From NCBI GenBank assembly GCA_009914755.4, contig CP068257.2, forward strand, positions 23,712,001 to 23,776,000: a DNA stretch of 64,000 nt, given 5' to 3'. This document shows positions 41,795-53,440 of the stretch, one piece after another. Origin of the DNA: the human T2T-CHM13v2.0 reference genome, Homo sapiens. The notes below the pieces were generated by a model. The model was not told the DNA's origin. It searched no databases and saw only the letters and a program-made list of their open reading frames with translations. The first letter of the stretch is position 1; the number at the start of each line of letters is the position of its first letter. Made by a program: the position numbers and the translations under genes.

Positions 41795-43849
41795 TAGAGA
41801 GGAGTTATTACCTTTATCATGGGGAAAAAAGCAAGTCCTTCAAACACTTTTGATTTTAAAATATATTTAAAATATAAAATAATGAACCTGGTGGAGACGT
41901 TAACCTTGGGTAGCTGACACAGGTACTTCTCCAAGGAGAGAAATAAACAGTTGACATAGCTTTAAGTCTTCCTAAACTCAGGTTGCAATAGGAGCAGTAC
42001 AGTTTGCTGAGAGGGACAGTGAACAGCAGTATTCGGAATAGAGGAGCGGCCTCCAGTACAATGACTAGTTAGAGGTTCTTTCGGGGATTCTCAGGGTTTC
42101 TGAAAGTGGAAATGCCTCTTCATCTGGAGCACTTTTGAAAGGGACCTCGATCTATCTTTCCTCCATGCAGGGGGCTTTCCAAACACATCATATGAAAATT
42201 ACAGCAAGTGGCATCTGTCCTGTTAACATCCCTCTCCCCATGAGTCATTCAGGTGTTCATCACACCCACAGACCCTCCACTCACACCACCATCTCCCACC
42301 ATCAAAATTATTCGTACCAGTGTGACTAGAGGCCTGCTGGATTCTCCCCTCATCCACTCAGAGGATGTCTCTTAGAAACCATGCCAAGCAGGGTGCGAAC
42401 CATCCAACTCCAAGCAAAGCCTGTGCTGCCGCAACTCTGCCTCACGGACTCAAAGACTGTCACTGGTGGTCACAGAATTAGTCAACAGGAACTTGACTGT
42501 ACTGGGGGAAGTTTTCCAGGCCTCATCTCATCTCTCAGTTCCAAAGAGCTAATCTGAGAAATAAATTAAACCTTTTACAGTATTGCTGCTGTAAAATCAA
42601 AAGGAAAATCATAAATGTTGTAGAAATTGCAATCTTGATGCCATTTAAAATGCCATATCTTTTCAGTCAACGCAATGCCTAGGTTATATTTTTCTCCTTT
42701 AAATCAAGTAGGCCACTTAAAGAGATAATCTGAATATGAATACATTCTACATTATAACACAGAAGAGATAGAGATTAAATGGATTTTTAAAATTTTAGAA
42801 ACTTGGAATGAATTGATTCCATAATATATATATATCTCCTTCAGAGAATTATTTTACTTTAAAATCTCCAGTGAAAGATATTTGAAAGCCATCTTTGTTT
42901 TTATGTATATTTGAAATTTCTGATTGATTTTGCAATGTAATCTTTTAATAGTCTTAGAATATATTCCATTTTTTAAAAATCATTTCTTTTGTTTCTGAAT
43001 TTAAGATGTATAATCATCTTATAATTGTATAAAATATTCTAAAAAGCATTGCAATCTAATATCCGATTTTACGGAATTAATTTTTTATTCTATACAAACA
43101 GAGTCTTAACTAATTTCAGGGAGAATGATCTGTTTGTAATTTAACCTTCAAATTAAAATCCAACTAGCTATAAGCTTTTAGATGCCTGCCTCATAGGGAA
43201 TGAGATATTTATGAGGGAAGTCTAATGGTTAAGTCCTAAAGTCTTCCCTTGGAAGAAGGATAAAAGGTTTCTAATCATTGAATTTTTAAAAAATCATTAA
43301 TGAAGGTATTAACTGGACTAAGGCATAAGGGGTAAAGAGTGGCCTTTAATGAGATTTGAAGACTTGTTCTAGAATATATGTTTTGCCAGAATAAAACATG
43401 TATCTTCTGATGGGATTTGGAAAGGTAGCTACCAAACCAGGGAAAAGAGTCCATTGGAGAGGGGAGAATGGAAACACTTCTACCTGGCGCATGTAGGGTA
43501 CAGGTGGGTATGGAAGGCGCGATATGCGAATATAGGGTTTATCCCCAGGCGTCAAGGTACATGAGAGGTGGGAAACAGTGCTCAGCACAAGTGAGTGCCA
43601 TATACTGTTTATTCTTAACAGGTCAAAAGACAACAAGAATGTATTAGGCAGCAAAGGGGTATTACATCACTCTGAGTAACACCATGTGTGTTAGAGCTGA
43701 CTATTCTAGGTATATTTGTAGCCACCCTTGGTGTAAAAGATTTTTTTTAATTTATTTATTTAGGTATGGTTCATTGCCCATTTAAACTTAAAGCAAATGT
43801 AATTTTTGGCAATCTATTTCCCTAGTTTAAATTTGTCGCTGTTGATTTG

Positions 43850-44275
43850 GTGAGAGCCACTCACAACATAGATGAAAAGGCATATGGCCAGGCACAGAAA
43901 GACAGACACTGCATGATCTCACTGAAATGTAGAACTAAAAAAGTCGAACTTATGGAAGCAGAGATTAGAATGATGGTTACCCAGGGTTGAGGGCAGAGGG
44001 GAGAATCGGGCAAAGGATACAATATTTCAGTTACATAGAGGGAATACGTTCAAGAGATCTACTGTACAGCATGATGACTAGTTAAAAACAATGTACTGAA
44101 TACTTGAAAATAGCAAAGAGAGTGGATTTTAAATTTTCTTACCACAAAAAAAGTTTACTATCAGTATGCTAATTAGCTTGATTTAGCCATTCTACAATGC
44201 ATACATATTTCAAAACATCATATTTTATACCATAAATACATACAAATTTATTTTCAACTAAAAAAACTAAAATAG
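43850..44275 (+). mobile_element. old LINE-1 (L1M-type) 3'-end fragment
   Basis: 'ggtgagagccactcacaacatagatgaaaaggcatatggccaggcacagaaagacagacactgcatgatctcactgaaatgtagaactaaaaaagtcgaacttatggaagcagagattagaatgatggttacccagggttgagggcagaggggagaatcgggcaaaggatacaatatttcagttacatagagggaatacgttcaagagatctactgtacagcatgatgactagttaaaaacaatgtactgaatacttgaaaatagc...tttcaaaacatcatattttataccataaatacatacaaatttattttcaactaaaaaaa'. Confidence 0.65.
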
Positions 44276-45440
44276 CATATGGGTTAACACAAATTATCAT
44301 TTAAGGCGCTATTTAATTGAAGCAGTTATTTCATCTAGGCTTGAGGCATCACTGTATTCTAAAAATGAATGGTTTCAAGTTCTAGATCCACACACTGCTG
44401 GCTTAAATAAAAGTCTACATGGGGACCTTGAGTGTAACAGAAGAGCAGCAGACACAGAGGGCCTGAGGGTAAGATACAGATAGTGGGAGAGAATAAGCAG
44501 GCTGGGCCAAGGATTAGCTTTTATCCGTGACCTCCAATTACAACTGATTATCTGCGTTGTGACCACAGAAGAATGAAAATTATTTGCAGTTAGAATCAGG
44601 ATCCATGAAGTTACACTTTATGTTCATATTTCTGAGTATAACATTAAATATATTTATTGCTCTTTTCTCCTACAAAAGGGGAAGTGACCCCCTTTTTAAG
44701 GACCTGCTTAAAAACATACAAAAATCCTGGGCAACTTTCTTGGTGTAGGAATTGCTTTATAGTAGTCGAACAGAAGCGATTATTCCATTGGTAATTCTGC
44801 ACCCAGACAAGCTTGATATATCTATTGAGGACATATGTAAAGTAAAAAAAAAAAAAAAGTTCTCATATAGTCCTCAAAAATGCTAATTGAAATAAATTTG
44901 TACTTTCCTTGGGCTGGATTTATATTAGAACATTTAATTTCAATTAAACAGACAACCTTTAAGTCATGAGATAGCTGAATAGAACCCTCCAGCAATTATT
45001 CCCAAACAGGAGCACCAAATTGAAAAACTACTCAAGCAAAAAAGCACCTTCATAAAAGCCAAAATCAGGTGAACGATCACAGTACCTGATTCTGACATCA
45101 TATCAAGGAAAGAGGCACCGATGGGGTTAGGAAAGGCAGGCCTGCCCTGTATACAGCACTTCTCCCTTACCCTCCAGCAGCAGCAAGTGGAGGGAGAATC
45201 TGTGTGCCTGGGGGAGGGAGAACAGAGTGACTGTGGAACTTTGCATTGGAACTCAGGGCTGCCTTGTCACAACGGAACACAACACAAGCCAGTGCTCACT
45301 TAGCTGAATTCTGAAGGAAACACCAACCCCAGCCAGAGAGGAACGCTGTGTCCCAGTGGTAGGAGTTTGAGACCCAGCTAGCTCTGCTACCAGCTGACTA
45401 CAGGGGCCTGGGGCCCAGGATAAATTTAAAAGGCAATCAG

Positions 45441-45742
45441 GGCCGGGCGCAGCGGCTCACGCCTGTAATCCCAGCACTTTGGGAGGCCGAGGCGGGCGGA
45501 TCACGAGGTCAGGAGATCAAGACCATCCTGGCTAACACGGTGAAACCCCGTCTCTACTAAAAATACAAAAAATTAGCCGGGCTTGGTGGCGGGCGCCTGT
45601 AGTCCCAGCTACTCAGGAGGCTGAGGCAGGAGAATGGTGTGAACCCGGGAGGCGGAGCTGGCAGTGAGCTGAGATCGCGCCCCTGCACTCAGGCCTGGGC
45701 AACAGAGAGAGGCTCCATCTCAAAAAAAAAAAAAAAAAAAAA
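45441..45742 (+). mobile_element. AluY-like SINE, full length with long A-tail, inserted in the L1 5'UTR; ~13-bp target-site duplication
   Basis: 'ggccgggcgcagcggctcacgcctgtaatcccagcactttgggaggccgaggcgggcggatcacgaggtcaggagatcaagaccatcctggctaacacggtgaaaccccgtctctactaaaaatacaaaaaattagccgggcttggtggcgggcgcctgtagtcccagctactcaggaggctgaggcaggagaatggtgtgaacccgggaggcggagctggcagtgagctgagatcgcgcc...' plus A(22). Direct repeats 'aaaaggcaatcag' at 45428-45440 and 45739-45751. Confidence 0.94.
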
Positions 45743-47014
45743 GGCAATCAGGCCACAAGGGTTTCACAAGGACATTCCTGGTGCTGTGCTGAGCTTGAAG
45801 CCACTAGGCTTGATTTACCTACAACCCAGTGAAACACCAGCTGTGGTGGCTAAGGGATTGTTTGTGTCAACCTCTCCCCCAACTCCAGGCAGCGCAGCTT
45901 TCAGCTCCAGGAAAAACTTTTTCCACTTGCAGAAAGGAGAGGGAAGAATACAGAGGACTTTGTCTTGCAACTTGGGTGCCAGCTCAGTCACAGTAAAATA
46001 AACCACAAAGCAGATTCTTAAAGCCTCTGATTCTAGGGCCCGGCTCCTGGACAGCATTTCTAAACCTGCTTGGGCCAGAAGGGAACCTGCTACTCTCAAG
46101 GTAAGGACCCGGTACTGGCAGCATTCCCCACTTGCTGATCAATCGTCCCTTAAGCCTTAAATCAGCATCCGCTGTAGCTCGGCAGTAGTTGCCACAAGCT
46201 TTGGGTGAGACCCAGTGCTGTGCTGGCCTCAGGTGTGACCCAGCATAGTCCCCGCTATGATGTCCAAGGGACTGCTCACATCACCTCTCCCCCAGCTCCA
46301 GTCAGCCCAGCACAGAGGGAGAGACTCTTTCTGTTTGGGGAAAGTGAGGAAAGATAATGACAGACTTTGCCTGGTAATCCAGATAATTTTTCTAGATCTT
46401 ATTCAAGCCCACCAAGGCAGCACCTCTAGGAGTCTGTAAGAATTACTAAGGTACTGGGCTTGGAGCAACCCCTAGTGTGGATACGGATGTAGTGACCAAA
46501 GACTTAGATCACAACACTCAATTCTCTTTGAATACATGAAAAGCCTTCTCAACAAGGACAAGTCCAAACAAGCCCAGAATGTGATGATTAGAATAAATCT
46601 TCAGTTCCCAAATATCAATGAACATGCACAAGTATTTCCATAAAACACATGGAAATTAAATAATATGGTCCTGAATGACCAGTGAGTTAATGAAAAAATT
46701 AACAAGATAATTCTTAAAAATCTCTTAAAACAAATGAAAGTATCACATACACCTATGGAATACAGCAAAAGCAGTCCTAAGAAGAAAGTTTATAGCAAGA
46801 AGCACCTACATCAAGAAAGCAGAAAAACTTAATGTGCACCTAATGATGAATCTTAAAGAACTGGAAAAACGAGCAAACTGAACTCAATATTAGTAGAAGA
46901 AAAGAAATAAGAAAGATCAGGGCAAATACAACTGAGATTGAAATTTTTAAAAACACAAGAGATTAATAAAACAAAAAATTGGTTTTTTGAAAAGATAAAC
47001 AAAATCAACAAACC

Positions 47015-49384
47015 TTGTGATGTTTAATACTGAATGTCAACTTGATTGGATTGAAGGATGCAAAGTATTGATCCTGGGTGTGTCTGTGAGGGTGTTTCTA
47101 AAGGAGATTAACATTTGAGTCAGTGGACTGGGTAAGGCAGACCCCCCCCCTTAATCTGGGTGGGCACTATCTAATCAGCTACCAGCATGGCCAGAAAAAA
47201 AAGCAGGCAGAAGAACATGAAAACACTAAACTGGCTTAGCCTCCCAGCCTACATCTTTCTCCTGTGCTGGATGCTTCTTACCCTCAAACATCAGACTCCA
47301 AGTTCTTCAGATTTGGGACTCAGACTGGCTTCCTTGCTCCTCAGCTTGCAGATGGTCCATTGTGGGACCTTGTGATTGTGTGAGTTTCTTAATAAACTCC
47401 ATAGATATATATATATCCTGTTAGTTCTGTTCCTCTAGAGAACCCTGACTAATACAGATATTGGTACCAGTAGAGTGGGGCACTGCTGAAAAGATACCCA
47501 AAATTGTGGCAGTAAGTTTGGGGTTGGGAAATAGGCAAGGGTTGGAACAGTTTGGAGGACTCAGAAGAAGACAGGAAAATGTGGGAATGTTTGGAACTTT
47601 CTAGAGACTTGCTGAATGTCTTTGCCCAAAATGCTGATAGCAATATGGATGGTAGGGTCTGGGTTGAGGTGGTCTCAGATGGAGATGAGAAACTTTTGGG
47701 GAACTTGAGCAAAGGTAACTCTTGTTATGTTTTAGCAAAGAGACTAACAGCATTTCGCCACTGCCCTAGAGATTTGTGGAACTTTGAACTTGAGAGAAAT
47801 GAGTTAGGGTATCTGGCAGAAGAAATTCCTAAGTAGCAAAGCATTCAAAAGGTGACTTGGGTGCTGTTAAAGGTATTCAGTTTTATAAGGGAAGCAGAGC
47901 ATAGAAGCTGAGAAAATTTGCAGCTTGACAATGCAATAGAAAAGAAAATACCATTTTCTGAGGAGAAATACAAGCCACCTGCAGAAATTTGCATAAGTAA
48001 CAAGAAGCTGAATGTTAGTCCCCAAGATAATGTGGAAAATGTCTCCAGGGCATGTCAGAGGTCTTCACAGCAGCCCCTCCCATCACAGACCGGAGGCCTA
48101 GGAAGAAAAAGTGGTTATGTGGACCGAGCCCAGGGTCCCCCTGCTGTGTGTAGCCTAGGGACTTGCTGCCCTGGTTCCCAGCTGCTCCACCTGTGGCTTA
48201 ACGGGGACAATGTAGAGCTCAGGCTGTGGCTTCAGAGGGTGCAAGCTGCAAGACTTGGCAGCTTCCACATGGTGTCGAGCCTGCCAGTGCACAGAAGTCA
48301 AGAATTGGGGTTTGGGAACCTCTGCCCAGATTTCAGACAATATATGGAAATGCCTGGATGTCAGGCAGAAGTTTTCTGAAGAAGCAGGACTCTCATGAAG
48401 AACCTCTGCTAAGGCAGTGCAGAAGGAAAATGTGGGGTTGGAGTTCCCACACAGTATCCCTACTGGGGCACTGCCTAGCAGAGTTGTGAGACGAGTTGTC
48501 CTCCAGACCCCAGAATGGGAGATCCATTGATAGTTTGCACTGTGTGCCTGGAAAAGCCATAGACACTCAACACCAGCCCATGAAAGCAGCCAGGAGCGAG
48601 ACTGTACCCACAAAGCCACAGGAGCAGAGCTGCCCAAGACCACAGTAACCCACCTCTTGCATCAGCGTGATGCAGATGTGAGACATGGAGTTAAAGGAGA
48701 TCATTTTGCAGTTTTTAGATTTGACTGTCCTGCTAGATTTCAGACTTGCATGAGGCCTGTAGCCCCTTTGTTTGGCCAACTTCCCCCAATTTGGGACAGG
48801 TATATTTACCCATTGCCTGTACCCCATTGTATCTAGGAAGTAACTAACTTATTTTTACAGGCTCATAGGCAGAAGGGACTTGCCTTGTCTCAGATGAGAC
48901 TTTGGACTGTGGACTTTTGAGTTAATGATGAAATGAGTCAAGACTTTGGGGGACTGTTGGGAAGGCATGATTGATTTTGAAATGTGAGGACATGAGATTT
49001 GGCAGGGGGCAAGGGTGGAATGTTATGGTTTGTCTTTGTTTCCCCACCCAAATCTCATCTTACATTGTATTCCCATAATTCCCACATGTTGTGAGAGGGT
49101 CCTGGTGGGAGATAATTGAATCATGGAGCCGGTTTCCCCCATACTGTTCTCATGATAGTGAATAAGTCTCACAAGATCTGACAGTTTTATAAGGAGTTTC
49201 CACTTTTGCTTCATTCTCATTCTCTCTTTGCCTGCTGCCATCCATGCAAGACTTGACTTGCTCCTCCTTGCCTTCTGCCATGATTGTGAGGCCTCCCCAG
49301 TCATGTGGGACTGTGAGTCCATTAGACCTCTTTTTCTTCCCAGTCTCACATATGTCTTTATCAGCAGTGTGAAAATGGACTAAT
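47015..49384 (+). mobile_element. ERVL-MaLR retroelement (THE1/MST class): 5' LTR 47015-47457 (~443 bp), internal region 47458-49023 (~1.57 kb), 3' LTR 49024-49384 (~361 bp). Inserted into L1 ORF2 with a 5-bp target-site duplication. The two LTRs are of different sequence types
   Basis: Internal region 'atattggtaccagtagagtggggcactgctgaaaagatacccaaaattgtggcagtaagtttggggttgggaaataggcaagggttggaacagtttggaggactcagaagaagacaggaaaatgtgggaatgtttggaac...' matches THE1/MST-int. The 3' LTR is 'tgttatggtttgtctttgtttccccacccaaatctcatcttacattgtattcccataattcccacatgttgtgagagggtcc...gcagtgtgaaaatggactaatacaa' (THE1/MSTA-type). The 5' LTR is 'tgtgatgtttaatactgaatgtcaacttgattggattgaaggatgcaaagtattgatcctgggtgtgtctgtgagggtgtttctaaaggagattaacatttgagtcagtggactgggtaaggcagacc...ccctctagagaaccctgactaatacag' (a different MaLR LTR type). 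Flanking 'aacct' at 47010-47014 and 49385-49389. The L1 sequence '..atcaacaaacc|tttagccagacta..' is split exactly at that site. Confidence 0.8.
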
Positions 49385-50488
49385 ACAAACCTTTAGCCAG
49401 ACTATGGGGAAAAAAGGGAGAAAAGTCAAATAAATAAAATTGAGATGAAAAAGAAGACATTACACTAAAACCACAGAAATTCAAAGAATCATTAGAGACT
49501 ACTATGAGAAAATGTATGCCAAAAAATTTGAAAACCTAGAAAAAAATGGATATATTCCTAGATACATACAACCTGCAAAGATTGAACCATGAAAAAATCC
49601 AAAATCTGAATAGACAAATAACAAGTAATGAGATCAAAGCTGTAATAAAGTCTCCGATCAAAGAAAAGCCCAATACCTGATGGATTCACTGCTGAATTCT
49701 ACCAAATATTTGAAAAACTAATACCAGTCTTACTCAATCTATTCCAAAAAATTCAAGGAGGAGGGAATACTTCCAAACTCCTTCTATAAGGCCAGTATTA
49801 TCCTGATACCAAAACCAGAGAAAGGCACATCAAAAAAAGAAAACTGCAAGCCAATATCTCTGATGAATATTGTTGCAAAAATTCTCAACAAAATACTAGC
49901 AAACATTTTCAACAATACATTTAAAAGATCATTCATCACGACCAGGTGAAATTTATCCCAGGGATTCAAGGATGGTTCAACAGATACAAATCAACTGATA
50001 TGATTCATCATATCAGCAGAACAAAGGACAAAAAGTATATGATCATTTAAATCGATGCTGAAAAACCATTTGATAAAATTTGACATCCCTTCATTCATGA
50101 TAAAAAAAAAAAACTTGGTATAGAAGGAACATATCTCAACATAATAAAAGTTATATAAGACAGACCCACAGCTAGTACCATACTGAATGGGGAAAAACTG
50201 AACACCTTTCCTGTAAGGTCTGGAAGACAACAAGGATGGCCACTTTCACCGCTGTTATTCAACATAGTACTGGAAGTCCTAGCTAGAGCAATCAGACAAG
50301 AGAAAAAAATAAAGGCCATCAAAATTGGAAAGAAATAAGTCAAATTATCCATGTTTGCAGATTATATGATCTTATATAGAGAAAAACCAAAAACCCTAAA
50401 GACCACAAGAAAACTGTTAGAACTGATAAACAAGTTCAGTAATGTTTCAAGATACAAAGTTCAACATACAAAAATCAGTAGCATTTCT

Positions 50489-50753
50489 TTTTTTATATTT
50501 TTTTTAAGACAGAGTCTCACTCTTGTTGTCCAGGCTGGAGTACAATGGTGCAATCTTGGCTCACTGAAACCTCTGCCTCCCAAGTCGCTGGGATTACAAG
50601 CATGTGCCACCACACCTGGCTAATTTTGTATTTTTAGTAGAGACACAGTTTCACCATGTTGGTCAGGCTGGTCTCAAACTCCTGATCTCAGGTGATCACC
50701 CCGCTGGCCTCCCAAAGTGCTGGGATTACAGGTGTGAGCCACTGCACCGGGCC
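50489..50753 (-). mobile_element. Alu SINE (antisense) inserted in L1 ORF2, with perfect 19-bp target-site duplication
   Basis: 'ttttttatattttttttaagacagagtctcactcttgttgtccaggctggagtacaatggtgcaatcttggctcactgaaacctctgcctcccaagtcgctgggattacaagcatgtgccaccacacctggctaattttgtatttttagtagagacacagtttcaccatgttggtcaggctggtctcaaactcctgatctcaggtgatcaccccgctggcctcccaaagtgctgggattacaggtgtgagccactgcaccgggcc'. Direct repeats 'aaaaatcagtagcatttct' at 50470-50488 and 50754-50772. Confidence 0.93.
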
Positions 50754-52189
50754 AAAAATCAGTAGCATTTCTATATATCAACAATGAGCAATCTGAATAA
50801 GAGATAAAGAAAATATCTCATTTATAATAGCTACAAATAAAATAAAATACCTAGGAATTTACCAAAGAAGTAAGAGATCTCCACAATGAAAACTATAAAA
50901 TATTGATTGAAGAAGTTGTCTATAGTTCTTCATGACTTTTAAAAATAATAATAAATGTAGAAATTGAAGAGGACGCACAAAAAATGGAAAGATGCTCATG
51001 CTCATGGATTGGAAAATTTGATATTGTTAAAATGCACATACTACCCAAAGCTATCTACAGTTTAAATGCAGTCACTACCAAAACACCAATTCTATTCTTC
51101 ACAAGGAAAAAATAATTCTAAAATTTATATGGAGCCATAATAGAGCCTGAACAGGCGCTATCCTGAGCAAAAAGAACAAAACTAGAGAAATCATATTACC
51201 TAACTTCAAATTATACTGGAGAGCTATGGTAACCAAAAGAGCATTGTACTGCCATAAAAACAGATCCATAGGTCAAGGCAACAGAATAAGGACCCTAAAA
51301 ATAAATCTATCCATTAACAGTAAACTCATTTTTGACGAAAGTTCCAAGAACATGCATTGGGAAAGCATAGTCTCTTTAGTCTCTTTAATAAATGGTGCTG
51401 AGCAAACTGGACAGCCACATGCAGAAGCATGAAGCTAGACCTCTATTTCTCACCATATATAAAAATCAAATCAAAATGGATTAAAGACTTAAATCCAAGA
51501 CCTGAAACTTTGAATCTACTAGAAAACTTCACGAAAATCTCCAACTCATTGGTCTGAGCAAAGATTTCTTGAGTAAGGCCTCAAAAGCACAGACAACCAA
51601 AGCAAAAATAAATAAATAATAAATGATAATAGGTAAAACAAGTTAAAAAGCTTCTGCATAGCAAAGGAAACACCAACAAAATGAAGAGACAACCTGCAGA
51701 ATGGAAGGAAATATTTGCAAACTACCCACCCGACAAGCAATTAATAACTAGAATATATAAGGAGCTTAAACAACTTGATAGAAAAAAATCAAATAATCTT
51801 ATTTAAAAATGGGTGAAGAATCTAAATGGACATTTCTCAAAAGAAGACATACAAATGATCAACAGGTATTGAAAAAAAGGCCAAATATCACTAATCATCA
51901 GACAAATGCAAGTCAAACCTGCAATGAGATACCACCTTACCCCAGTTAAAATGGCTTTTATATAGGCAATAACAAATGCTGGTGAGGATGTGGAAATAGG
52001 GGAAGCCTCATACACCACTGGTGGAAGTGTAAATTAGTACAGCCACAGTGAAGAATAATCTGGAGGTTCCTTCCAAAACTGAAAAAGGAACTACCATATG
52101 AGGCAGTAATATCAGTGTTATTATAGTCTGTGTTTTTCTGGGTACTTACTATTACCAGTAAGTTTTGTACCTTAAGGTGATTATTTATT

Positions 52190-53440
52190 GTTCATTAATG
52201 TCCTTTTGTTCTCATTGAAGTACTCTTTTTAGTATTTCTGTAGGATGAGTCTGATATTAATGAAACCCCTCAGCTTTTGTTTGTCTGGGAAAGTCTTTAT
52301 TTCTCTTTCATGTTTGAAGGATATTTTTACCAGATATACTATTACAGGATAAAAGTTATTTTCCTTAAGCACTTCAAACATGTCATAACACTCTTCCCTT
52401 CAGGGCAGCAAGGTTCCCCAGGCCCTGGATGGGTCCTGAAGTGCAGTCCAAGAGTCAAAGACTAGAGTCAAAAAACATAGAAGTCTACAGGTAGAAGTCT
52501 ACCTGGTATTCTATTGTGACTGAGCTGACACTCAAACCACAAGATGCAGTCCTTCCCACTTTTCCCTCCCCTTTCCAAAGGCAGAGGAGCCTCACTCTGT
52601 AGCAACCACCACCATCACTCCTGGCCATAAGGAGTACTGCCAGACTACCACTGATGTTCCCTTAAGGCCCAAGGGCTCTTAAATCAGCTTGCAGTAAATG
52701 CTGCATGGCCTGGGACTCACACTTCAGGGCAGTAGGCTCCGCTCTGGCTCAGGGCAGGTCCAGAAATGCCATTTAAGAGTCAAGTCCTGGAATCAGGGAC
52801 CCCAAGAACCCACTTGGTGCTCTACCCTGCTGTGGTAGTATAAGTATCTGAAGCCAGCAAGTCTCAGACATTCACCAAGTCCCTTGATTTAGAATATGGG
52901 TATCACTGCTTGTTATTCAGAGCCCAAGGGCTCTCCAGTTAGCAGGAGATACATGCTGCCAGGGCGGGGTCCTTCCTTTCAAGGCAGCAGCTTCCCTTCT
53001 GGCCCAGGGTGTGTCTAGAAATGTCGTCTGGGAGCTAGGGCCTGAAACAGGGGCCTCTTGATTCTGACCAGTGCCCTATCCTGCTGTAACTGACCTGGTA
53101 TGCAAGATGAAAGACAAAGTCCTCCCCACTCTTCCCTCTCCTCTCCTCAAGCAGAAGGCAGGCGTGTCTTTTGGAGCTGTGAGTTGTGCCACCTCTGGGC
53201 TAGAGGAGGAATAATGCCAGCACTCCCTTGGCTGCCCCAGCTGGTGTCTCAGTATGTCACATGCCCCTCACAATCCACTGTCTCTGGGCTTAGTTTAGCC
53301 CTAGGACTTGCCTATGAGTCGCACTCCTTAAGGCCTAGACTCCCTTTCAAGTTTACTTATGGACTAAGAGCACTTTGGCCCTTGATGGGAGGTTTGCAGG
53401 CACTCAAGTTTGGGATCAGCACTTTGGAATCAAATTAAAA
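52190..53440 (-). mobile_element. inverted LINE-1 5' portion: antisense inter-ORF region and ORF1 C-terminus (52190-52400), followed by ~3 diverged tandem units of ~270-330 bp that resemble old-L1 5'UTR repeat units
   Basis: 'cttttgttctcattgaagtactctttttagtatttctgtaggatgagtctgatattaatgaaacccctcagcttttgtttgtctgggaaagtctttatttctctttcatgtttgaaggatatttttaccagatatactattacagg' is the antisense old-L1 ORF1 end. Repeated starts 'cttcagggcagcaaggttcccc...' (52395), 'cttcagggcagtaggctccgctctggctcagggcaggtccagaaatgccatttaagagtcaag' (52722) and 'ctttcaaggcagcagcttcccttctggcccagggtgtgtctagaaatgtcgtctgggagctaggg' (52975). No ORF1-length reading frame on either strand. Assignment is tentative. Confidence 0.45.

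Larger units (their letters stand above)
44958..52125 (+). mobile_element. composite older LINE-1 (L1PB/L1MA-like). It keeps the element's 5' start, has a 5'UTR with diverged tandem units, lacks ORF1 and the first ~150 aa of ORF2 (internal deletion), and carries ORF2 from ~46560 to ORF2 aa ~1100. It is interrupted by three later insertions (AluY 45441-45742, MaLR 47015-49384, Alu 50489-50753) and is 3'-truncated at ~52125
   Basis: The 5' start 'atgagatagctgaatagaaccctccagcaattattcccaaacaggagcaccaaattgaaaaactactcaagcaaaaaagcaccttcataaaagccaaaatcaggtgaacgatcacagtacctgattctgac' matches the old-L1 5' terminus ('ggaagatggctgaataggaaccctccagg...caccttcataagaaccaaaaatcaggtgagcgatcacagtacctgg'). ORF2 reads through the insert-free segments: ...TWKLNNMVLNDQ.VNEKINKII...NWFFEKINKINKP | (MaLR) | LARL...KIEMKKKT... 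| ...FSNVSRYKVQHTKISSISF | (Alu) | LYINNEQSE...[24 protein letters not shown]...LPYEAVISV. Confidence 0.75.
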
